A stretch of DNA of 64,000 bases from contig NC_042997.1 in the NCBI RefSeq assembly GCF_006345805.1, forward strand, positions 210,800,001-210,864,000, read 5' to 3'. Below, piece by piece: positions 53,301 through 64,000 of this stretch. This DNA is from Octopus sinensis (lineage: Eukaryota). The position numbers and the translations under genes are program-made. Position 1 is the stretch's first letter; each line of letters begins with the position of its first letter. The notes under the pieces were generated by a model. The model did no database searches and was not told the origin of the DNA. It worked only from the letters and a program-made list of their open reading frames with translations.

Positions 53301-54209
53301 GAGTGCCCTGCTACAAAAGAAAAGTGCCTACTGAAAATTCGACCACAACATAAAGGCGCACATACAAAACAGAACTGTGCCTCCATCCATGCCATTCTCC
53401 CCCACTGCATTTCTTTGTCCTCACACTCGTTGCTCTTCCATTCCGAATCCGTGTAACAGAACCGAACCCGAAGCCAAGAGGTGTTGAAACGGGCTTCTTA
53501 ACCACACAGCCAAGTTTGCGCTTAAAAAAGGCAAGAGAAAAATCAAAGACAGGTGGACATTAATTAGAAAAGGTTGAACAAGCTGGATTTCGTGAAACCG
53601 TGACAAATTCGAAGAATTAGATTAGGAATTGTTCTGGGAAGTAAAATTGAATTTATGAGTAAATTTGTAAAGATTGACGACATGCCCAGGAAAATATTTG
53701 TGGATGGTTCTGATCTGGAAACGGAAACAAACAGGCAAAAGATGATAGTTAGAATTGTGGTAAATAATTTCTGACATAAGAACAGACATGGAACTGTCGT
53801 CTAATCGGGAATCTCAACAATTGAATTTCTAATCTGTTCAGGTTTAGTGGTGCTAAAGGAAGACGAAATGGTTAATATGTTTACATTTCCCAAACAATCA
53901 CAACAATTGGCATTAATTCAAGTGCCAAGATATCATCACGGAAATAGAAATTCAATTCTCCGAGGTTATACAAGTAGGTGGAATTATTTTTTTTAACGTT
54001 CCTTAAACACGATCTGAAGATTTTAGTTGATTCAATTTTCAATGTTAGAGAATTGAGGAAACGATTTCACCATTAAACCTGGTGGAAGGGAAAAAGCTAC
54101 AAATACATTTGTACACTGCTACAAACCAAGCATCCGTTCGTCTTTTACCGACCAGTTTTGTACAAATAACTGTTGTCTGTATGTGTGTGAGTATATATAT
54201 ACACACACA

Positions 54210-54297
<88 letters not shown>

Positions 54298-54298
<1 letters not shown>

Positions 54299-54517
54299 TA
54301 GAAAAAACCCCACCTCTTATCAATTCAATAATAAAAAATTAAATTATACCATTTAGAAAAATTACCTATTATAGAAATATTAAATATAAGATAAAACATA
54401 TAACAATTGCAAATTGTTATATGTCTTAGCTTATATTTAATCTTTCTACAATACGTAATTTGTTTAAATGATATAATTTTTCATTACTGAATTGATAAAA
54501 GGTGGGTTTTTTTCTAA
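54298..54517. repeat. Short element with about 30-45 bp terminal inverted repeats between (TA)n tracts
   Basis: TTAGAAAAAACCCCACCTCTTATCAATTCA vs TGAATTGATAAAAGGTGGGTTTTTTTCTAA. Confidence 0.75.
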
Positions 54518-54610
54518 TTTATATATATATACATATATTATATTTTGTGAAATTTGATTTAGCATTTCTAAATTGAATTTTTCTCTATAAGTTTGGAATA
54601 ATATTCCCTC

Positions 54611-54676
<66 letters not shown>

Positions 54677-54719
54677 CATACACATGCACACACATACACA
54701 CATATACACAGATACACAA

Positions 54720-56600
54720 ACCCCTTTCAGAATATCCAGTCTGAGAAAATCTCTGCAATGACATCGTCTCCAGATTTCCACATCCTATCGGATAAGATCG
54801 GGAATGTTTATTCTGTATTTGATCTTGAAAGAGGTTAATTTGGGATATAAGCGTGTAAGCAAGAATGCTTTGGAAGAAATAAATGGTACTCATCTAAATA
54901 TCATCTCTAGTTTGAACCTCCTTGATAGAACCCAACCTTTTGCTCCCAAAACTCCTCATTATCCCTTGAAAGATCATATGTCTGATTATTATATCAACTC
55001 CTTCGATTAGATTAATCTGCCCGACCAAGTCCAATTTCGGCAGAATTAGTAAGTATATTATCGATCGGATTATTCCCATTGTGAGGGATAAGGTTCAGCT
55101 TCCCCTATGGAACTTTACTGGGGACATTATCATTTGGTTTGACTCCCTTACTGATAAGCCTAATTTAGACTTTATCCAATTCGATATCTCGAATTATTAC
55201 AATTCCATTTCCCCTATATTACTAAATAAGGCTTTGATTTTCGCTCGGAAATTTGCGAATATACCTAGTTCGGATATTGATGTCATTTTAGCGAAAAGGG
55301 ATACCATCATTATTTTCAACGAGCATAATTGGAGGAGGGCTGATTCCACCAATTTCTTTGATATTACTATGGGGCCCTCGGATTCAGCACAAGTGACCGA
55401 TTTAACCCACCTTACTGGGGTATTATATAAGGATGACGCACTTCTAGCTGCATGTGGCCAGTCTAAAATTGCGTTGAATAGACTGAAAAATCTCTGAGAG
55501 GTCTCTTAAAGGATTTCTTAAATCTTAAATTATTTTTGATGATAACTCCAGAATGGTGAACTTCTTGGATGTTACTCTGAATTTGGATACGGGTTTTTTA
55601 CTACCCATTTCGTAAGGCAAACAAATCTTTTTCATATATCAATGTCTCCTCCAATCATCCGAAATCTACTATTGATAGCATCGTTACTGCTATCTCGAGC
55701 AGAATCTCTAATTTGCTCGCAAACGAAGAGATTTTTGATCAACATGCACCAGTATATAACAACGCTCTAAATTTAAGTGGGATCAAAACTAAAATCTGAT
55801 ATATACCTAACACAAGCTGACCATGTGGCAGAAAGTCTTGTGAAATGCAATGCATTATTTGATTGCAACCAATGTAGGCTATCCTTTAGACACGCATATA
55901 GAGATGTTAGGAACAGATACTGGAAGCGAAATAGTAGCAGTGAGGTAATGCTGAATTTGGCCTCCATTATTGCATGGGCAAGTGCACTGGAAGTATTCTT
56001 CTGTTTGAAACTCTGGTGTTGGGTGAGGAAGCTCTAATAAGCCTAAGGTTGGTGTTACAAACCATTTACTTTCCTCTGTTTTACCGACCACCTTTAATGG
56101 GATATCCGTGGGAAAGAATGCAGGAAGCCACATAAATAATGTTAGTATCAGTAATAGGGATAAAAGTGGTTCGGGTAAATCCTGTAATTGTAGAAACCCT
56201 AGGTTATGTCCCCTTGATGGATTATGTTTGACTACAAATGTTATTTATAAATACGTAGTTAACGAGAAAGGCAATTTGGATAGGTTTTATATAGGCAGTA
56301 CTGTCAATTTTAAAGTGAGGTACAGGGTCCACATGAATTCGCTTTCGAACGAAAAATATTGTAACTCCACTACATTTGCCTCTTATATACATGGTTTAAA
56401 AGGAATAATAAAAGTTACTCTCCTGAATGGTCTATAATCTCGAGGGCTCCTTATTTTAGCGTTGATATTAATAAGTGTAAGTTGTGTATAAGGGAATCTC
56501 ATGCCATCCTTAGGTCCTTTGGACCTAAAACATTAAATAAATTTACAGAGGTGATCCATTTCTGCAACTATAAGTTTTCTTCTACTTTTCTGAGAATTTA
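54720..56600 (+). mobile_element. Second Penelope-like element (Hydra-like), 5'-truncated, decayed
   Basis: SDKIGNVY, FIQFDISNYYNSI, FDITMGPSDSAQVTDL, LYKDD, CNCRNPRLCPLDGLCL, FYIGST, KCKLC. Confidence 0.88.
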
Positions 56601-56799
56601 TAGAAGTAAGGCTAGATGTGGTAGATAATATTTAGTTTGTTTTGTGGGTTTCGAAACCGGAAAGAAAAATTCTTATGAATAGCAGCCACCTACATGTTTA
56701 GCCATAAAATAAAATAAAATAATTCTTTTCGTAAGAATTTTTTTTTGTTAGAGATTTTGGACAGGTCCTGCTATAAGTTATATCTTTAAATAAGTTTTT

Positions 56800-59700
56800 G
56801 TTCCCGTATTGTAACTCTTGTGAACAACTTGAGTGTTATGGAATCCGTGTTACTTTCTGAGTTGGAGTTGTAACATATTTTTGTTATTTGTTACAACTTT
56901 CAAGATATTGTTATGTTGAATTGTAACCGTTTAGCATTTTCCCTACTTGTGGGCGTTGTTGAAAATTGCTTGTTCCCCCTGCAGGGGAAGGAATTGAACT
57001 CTGTACTGTTTTTCTTTTACACTCTTTTTGAGAGAAAAATTATATTCTCGTAGAGAATTTTTGTGTTTTTCAAAAATGGAAAATGATCAAAATATGGAAG
57101 AGAAGCAAATGGGTCCAAAAGAAAAAATGATAACGAGGGATTTTGATGCGGTGACGAACGTGTCGCATAAGGGCTTATACATAACTAGAATGGAGTACCA
57201 GACCTATTACGGCATGCTAACGATAGATGGAGGAAATGTTCGCATCTACCCACCAAGTGAAATAGCTACTCAAACTCATAGTAAAACTATAATATATAAA
57301 ACTTTCAACATTGAAGAAAAAAAGATCGGCATTGTTGCCAAGGACAAGATAGAGAAATGCCTCGGGCCTATATGAAACGACATAACATATGTGGCCCGGA
57401 GCAAGAAATTTGCCTCTATCGAAGTAAGATTCAAGGACAATGGGAAGGCCAAAGAGCACTCGATACGAACGCTCAAAATGAAGGAGTTAGTATTACTACC
57501 AACGTATCTCGGACGTAGAACTCCCGGATAAGAATTGAAGAGGTTTCCCGGAGGTAGATGCTGCCTGGATTGTGTCAGCACTTTGCTTTTCCCGCAAGGA
57601 GAAACTGAATTTACTTCAAATCACCCGCTCTGCCCCGCAAAATTGGTTGGGGCAGAACATAGATATCTCAATTCAGGCTACTCCGGGAGGCCTAGAGGAA
57701 ATACTCGACCGAGTGATGATCGAGGATGAAATTACAATAAAGATTCAGGTCGAGGGGGGGGAAGCCTCGATGTTTTAAATGCGGGATGAAGGGTCACATG
57801 TGTGTAGAATGTGACCCTCCCAAAACAGAGGCACTCCCTCGACTACAGAGGCGAAAACAACAAAGAAGAAGGAAGCAAAACAACCAGAGGAAGAAGCGGG
57901 AAAATCCCCAGAAGAGAACAATGTGCAGGCATCGGCGAGCGAAGTTCCCCTTCCAGCGGACAACATGGAAGTCGTCACACCGTCGGAAGAATATACGACG
58001 GCTACAAAGGAAAGGACTAAACAACATATTGTGTCCCCCGCTCCCTCCCAACCCACAACCCCTACAAAGAAAAACGAACACATGCACATAAAATTCAAGC
58101 AAAATCCCGCCCCTTTACCCACACGACTCAAGCAGACAGGACGTTCCTTGTAAAATATAATCGTAAATAATTTTACCTGGAAAATATAATTCAGAAGCAC
58201 CATGTGACGAAGTCATGTGATGCAAGTGGCTCTGTGTGCATAGACTGTTGTATATACAAACAATTGAAAGAAAGGCGCCCCGAGGGGATATATAAAGTAA
58301 GTGAGTTGCCCGGAGACTGACGTGGAGAGAGCAAAATTAGGAGGGATAGTCAGTAACCCCGAGGAAATCCCTCCTTCTCCAGTAAAGGGTAAGTAGATCC
58401 TAATTTTCTTTTCGGATGACTGGACTTAATTTCGGTTGTCTAAATGTGCGTGGCCTGAGCTCGAAGTGGAAGCAAGCTTGTTTCCTCGACGACCTGTCAC
58501 ATGGTATAGATGTGATGGTGGCTACAGATACCAAGCTGAATGACCCACGAACCTTCTGGATACTCCTGAATGGCTATGAAAAAAAATCATGTCTCCTAGC
58601 CAAACCGGGGGCCGAGGCGAGGGTAGTAGTGTTGCTCCGTAAAGGCTTGGCTCAGCAGTCAAGAATAGTCTTTGTTGATCCAGATGGTGGGTTGGTCGTC
58701 CTCGACTTGACTTACAGTGAGAAGATAATCAGGTTGATTTGAATATATATTCCTTGCGGCAGTGGAAAACAAACTGATTTCTATCGACGCCTCGAGAACT
58801 TTCTTGTGACGTCTAACACATTAGTTGTATTAGGTGACTTGAATGCTATCCTGGATGCACGTCAGGATAGTGTTAGCTCAGCCTCTAATAGAGGAAGCCT
58901 ATGCTTCGCCGATCTACTTAAGCGATTTCAGCTGGCAGATCGTTATAGACTTGACTACCCGAGCGTTTCAGTGTGGACTTGGACTAATGGCGATGGGTCA
59001 CAAAGTTCTTATCTAGATAGGATAGTGGTGCGAACGAGAGATAAGTCTAGTTTTAGCTGCCCACAGTTCTTCCTGATCCCCTACACAGATCACAAATTAG
59101 CGACGTGTAGGGTGATCATAGACAGAGTACATAGACAGGGATCCGGTTACTGGAAGCTGAACAAGACTATTTTGTCTTGTGAGGAGTACCGTAACCAGAT
59201 TAAGGAATTAGTTAAGAGAGCATTAACCGGGACCATATTGAATAACCGATGGTGGGTTGCCCTCAAACGAACCATACGTTTTGAGTTAATTAGATTTAGC
59301 TGTCAGTTAAGCTTAGACAAGGCTAGAATAGAGAGCAATCTATTTAAGGACTTAGAAGAGGGGTTGAGGTCGGTCTCTGTGTCCCAAGTGCTGACAGCGA
59401 GATCGGCCTTGGACCGACATCGCAAAGCCAAACACGAGGAGTGCAGAGTCAGGGCTAGAGTACATGCATTGGGTCGTGAGGGAACTAACGTTGCCGGGCG
59501 GGCTCGTACGGTGGAGACCCAGCGTGGCAATGATGCTACAATTAGGTCTGTGGTTAATGAACAAGAGTGTTTAATCGAAGGATAGGACGAGATGAGTGAA
59601 ACCTTTTATGAGCACTTTGCCGAGCTGTTCGGGAGGAGCGGGACGCTGGATTATGGTGAGGCCCTTTGGGACTTCCTGGATGGTGGTCCGCGTCTCTCGA

Positions 59701-60930
59701 CGCGAGAGGCTGAGTGCTGTGAAAGGCGGATCACAGCCAAGGAGGTCATAGAGGTACTTTCCAAGTCTCCGGGACTTGATGGTGTACCCTATGAGTTTTG
59801 TAAAAGTATGCCAGACTTGTTCGGACACCTACTGGCCAGCGTATATGCCAACTGGCAGCAGAATGAGAGGATTCCCAAATCTGTGAGCCGAGAAATGGGT
59901 GAAGCTGATCAGAAAGGACCCCAGCAAGGGGGACATTATTGGCAATTTTTGGCCCATAGCTCTGTTAAAAACAGTTAGTTTTGGGTCAAGGTATTATCAA
60001 AGAGGTTGACACGAGTTGTGGGCTACCTCGTTGGCGAAAAATTGGTAAAACTCCTGGCAAAGGCGGGGCACTGGTGCATTTAGGCCAGTCAAAAGCATTT
60101 GATAGAGTCGACCATCAGTACATGACGGCGGTCCTCGGGGCGGCCGGGCTGGGCTCGACTTTCCGCGGCTGAATAGTTTCCTTTCGCAACTATTCAAGAT
60201 AAAGCGCTATGTTCGCCAGGTATGTCCCCTGTCTCCACTTTTGAATGAGATGGCTGCGAAGGTTGGAGGCTATTGGGGGCAACCCGCGTGATATGATTGG
60301 AGGGAAGACGGCGACTGCGCAGGCTTATTACATCACCATCATCGTATTTGATGAAGAGCAGCTACTTTGTGTAGAAAAGGCCATCAGCGGATACGAAACG
60401 GTGGCAGTAAGAAGAATTAACCTGGATAAGTCAGTCGGCTTACAACTCGGCACCTGGGGGGACAAGTCGATGCCGCCCAATAACGTCGTAGGACGTTGGA
60501 CGGAAGGTCCTATTAAGATGCTAGGGGTCTGGTTTGGTCCAGACCTCTAGATAGAGAAGAATTGGTGCGAGATTACCAGCAAGGTAACTGCCCTAACTCA
60601 GACCTGGTCTGGGAGGAAGTTATTATCGCTGCTAGGAAGGGCGGAGGTGACGCGGGTGTTTATTGTCTCGTGATCACCTACCGCCTGACCGTCATGCCTT
60701 GTCTCGATTCGTGACTGAACAAGCTGGAGCGACACCTCTTCCGCTTTTTGTGGAAGGGATCACCACCACTTGTAAGGCGCTCTGTCTGCTGTCAAAAACC
60801 AGTAAAGGGTGGGCTAAGGATGCCGTGGCTGAAGATGCGCAAGTTTGCGCCGAGGCTTTGGCGTCACCTGGATGGTGAGCAGGTGTGCTCATCGCTCGTG
60901 AAGTTCTTTGTTGGGGGTTCTTTCTTTGCT
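56800..60930 (+). mobile_element. Tx1-like LINE, decayed relative of 38170-44254
   Basis: ORF1 remnant (KTIIYK...KIEKCL), ORF2 GCLNVRGL, SYLDRI, YTDHK, QSKAFDRVDH; many stops and frameshifts; 3'-incomplete. Confidence 0.88.
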
Positions 60931-61864
60931 CAATAACTAATATATCGAAGTAGATTCAGTTGAACCAATCACATTTTACTCCACACGCTTACAACAAATA
61001 ACCAGACTCCTTTTCACCAAAAGACCAGGGATCCCATTTTCACCAAGAGAGCAAACTCCTCTTCACTATTTAACAATGCCATCTTTCCCCATGACAGAAA
61101 TATCCTCTATTTATTAATTCCTCTTCTCTTAGAGTATGTCTCCTCTCAGACTTCCAGAGTGGCACTGAATTATCTGTTTGTTATTATTGCAAAACCAATC
61201 CAAAAATAATTTAATTAATCAAAAAAAAACCGTGTTTATTAAATGAAATCAATAAAACCCGGCATGAATTTCCGTAATGATTGCCTCGGATTCGTCTGAT
61301 TGTAGTCACGTGTCTGTTGGTGTTGACAAGTGTTATTCATTGTGTCACCGAGAGGAGAGGAGAGGACACAACTTGAGACGGAGCTCTTCCAGCGCCTCAT
61401 CGCCATTTTCCCATCTCTTTACAACGACACACCGCAACACATATTACTCTTTTACACCATTTTACAAAGACACTTGTCTGCTTACGTCTCTCTCTCTTCT
61501 CTCTTTCTCTCTCTCTCTCCTTCTCTCTTTCTCTCTCTCTCTCTACCTCTCTCTCTCTCTCTCTCTTTCCTTGCCTCAGGTGTAAATCCTATTTATGCTG
61601 TCTTACATTATGGCTTCCCTCTTCTCGCTGGCGCTGCTCTACTTGTTGGTGTTGGTGTTGTTGTTGTTGTTGTTTCTATTCATGTAAAGGTGGCGAGGTG
61701 GCGTGGGTGGGTGGGTGGGGTGGATCCTGTCTCCCTGTTGTTCTTATCGTTGTTATTGTTGTTGTTGTCTTTCAGGTTCTAAACTACTAAACAGTCTACT
61801 AAGATGCTGTATTGTTGTTGATGGTAATAAGCATGTAAAAAAAAAACGCAATTATTGTCGTTGT

Positions 61865-63155
61865 TATGGTGACGGTGGTGATGCTGTTGCTGTTATAGGT
61901 GGTGGCGGTGGTGGTGGTGGTGGTGGTGGTGGCAGTGGTGGCGGTGGCGGGAGACGGTGGTGGCGGTGGCGGATGACGATGGTGGTGGCGGTAGCAGTGG
62001 TGGTGGTGGCAGTGGTGGTGGTGGCAGTGGTGGTGGCGGTGGCGGGTGACGGTGGTGGTGGTGGTGGCAGTGGTGGTGGTGGCGGTGGCGAGTAACGGTG
62101 GTGGGGTGGTGGTGGCGGTGGCGGGTGACGGTGGCGGTGGTGGTGGTGGCGGTGGCGGGTGACGGTGGCGGGTGGACGGTGGCAGTGGTGGTGGTGCGGT
62201 GGGGTGGTAGCGGTGGCGGGTGACGGTGGCAGTGGTGGTGGTGGTGGCGGAGGCGGGTGACGGTGGTGGTGGTGGCGGTGGCGGGTGACGGTGGCAGTGG
62301 TGGTGGTGGTGGTGGCGGTGGCGGGTACGGTGGTGGTGGTGGTGGCAGTGGTGGTGGTGGCGGTGGCGGGTAACGGTTGGGTGGCGTGGTGGTGGTGGCG
62401 GAGGCGGGTGACGGTGGCAGTGGTGGTGGTGGTGGTGGCGGAGGCGGGTGACAGGTGGTGGTGGTGGTGGTGCGTGTGGCGGGTGACGGTGGTGGTGGTG
62501 GTGGTGGCGGTGGGGGTGGGGGGTGACGGTGGCGGTGGTGGTGGTGGCGGTGGCGGGTGACGGTGGCAGTGGTGGTGGTGGTGGTGGCGGGTGACGGTGG
62601 TGGTGGTGGTGGTGGTGGCGGGTGACGGTGGTGGTGTGGTGTTGGCGGTGGTGGTGGTAGCGGTGGTGGTGGTGGGGTGGTGGGGTGGTGGCGGTGGCGG
62701 GTGACGGTGGTGGTGGTGGTGGTGGTGGCGGTGGTGGCGGTTAACGGTGTGGTGGTGGCGGTGGTGGTGGTGCGGAGGCGGGTGACTGGTGGTGGTGGTG
62801 GTGGTGGTGGTGGCGGAGGCGGGTGACGGTGGTGGTGGTGGTGGTGCAGTGGTGGTGGTGGCGGTGCGGGTAACGGTGGCGGGTAACGGTGGTGGTGGCG
62901 GAGGCGGGTGACGGTGGCAGTGTGGTGGTGGTGGTGGCGGAGGCGGGTGACGGTGGTGGTGGTTGGGTGGTGGTGGTGGTGGTGGTGGTGGTGGTGCGGG
63001 TGGCGGGTGGTGACGGTGCAGTGGTGGTGGTGGTGTGGTGGGGTGGCGGGTGACGGTGGCAGTGGTGGTGGTGGTGGTGGCGGTGGCGGGTGACGGTGGT
63101 GGTGGTGGTGGCGGTGGTGGTGGTGGCGGAGGCGGGTGACGGTGGTGGTGGTAGA
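61865..63155. repeat. (GGT)n with recurring GGCGGGTGACGGT motif
   Basis: Directly visible. Confidence 0.95.
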
Positions 63156-63371
63156 GGTGTCACAGCAGTAATGGATTCACTCCATATTCTTCATATTAAC
63201 ACTATTGTTGTTGTTGCTCTTGCTATCACTATTGCTATTTGAATTCTTATTGCTGCTGTTGTGTTGTTGTTCTCATGATATTGGTGCTCTTAGATTATCT
63301 GCAACTATTTGCAACGGTTGTTGTTGTTGTTGTTGTTGTTATTGTTGTTGTTGATCTGGTTGTTAATACTC

Positions 63372-63791
63372 TCTTTACTCTTTTACTCTTTTTCTTGTTT
63401 CAGTCATTTGACTGCGGCCATGCTGGAGCACAACCCTTTAGTCGAGCAAATCGACCCCGGGACTTATTCTTTATAAGCCCAGTACTTATTCTATCGGTCT
63501 CTTTTGCCGAACCGCTAAGTTACGGGGACGTAAACACACCAGCATCGGTTGTCAAGCAATGCTAGGGGGACAAACACAGACGCACAAACATATACACACA
63601 CATACATATATATATATATACATATATACGACAGGCTTCTTTCAGTTTCCGTCTACCAAATCCACTCACAAGGCATTGGTCGGCCCGGGGCTATAGTAGA
63701 AGACACTTGCCCAAGGTGCCACGCAGTGGGACTGAACCCGGAACCATGTGGTTGGTTAGCAAGCTACTTACCACACAGCCACTCCTGCGCC
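63372..63791 (-). mobile_element. SINE family B, uninterrupted copy
   Basis: Head, internal (TA)/(CA) tract and tail are contiguous; serves as the empty-site model for 13355-21403. Confidence 0.9.
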
Positions 63792-63864
63792 TATGTCGTT
63801 GTTCTCGTTAATATTGTCTTTCTTTCGCCGGTGTCGAAGTTGTCAGTATTGCCAACATACACCG

Positions 63865-64000
63865 AGGCGGCGAGCGGGCAGAATCGTTGGCACGCCGGAC
63901 CAAATGCTCAGCGGCATTTCGTCCGTCTTTACGTTCTAAGTTCAAATTCTGCCGAGGTTGGCTTTAGCTTTCATCATTTCAGGATCAATAAAATGAATAC
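63865..64000 (+). mobile_element. SINE family A, runs off the window
   Basis: AGGCGGCGAGCGGGCAGAATCGTTGGCAC...GTTCAAATTCTGCCGAGG. Confidence 0.75.

Overview
Repeat-saturated animal genomic DNA with no supportable host gene, rRNA, tRNA gene or CRISPR array. The SINE families and dense AAT/TA/GATA microsatellites suggest a cephalopod, probably Octopus (inference). Most notable is a 7.6 kb head-to-head palindrome of a Penelope-like element (PLE; RT plus C-terminal GIY-YIG) at 13598-21194. Both arms span the whole ORF, there are three pseudo-LTR (pLTR) copies each with a type I hammerhead ribozyme, and the block sits in the internal (TA)n of one SINE whose two halves flank it in the correct order. 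Also present: a near-intact full-length Tx1/L1-clade LINE in (TATC)n repeats (38170-44254), an R4/Dong-like LINE and many related 3' fragments in (AAT)n arrays, a second decayed PLE, CR1 and RTE fragments, a decayed mariner, three tRNA-like SINE families, a solo hammerhead, a short (TA)n-embedded family with a variant hammerhead core, small fold-back elements and a GATC-rich higher-order minisatellite. All alignments and folds were done by eye; coordinates of decayed fragments are approximate.
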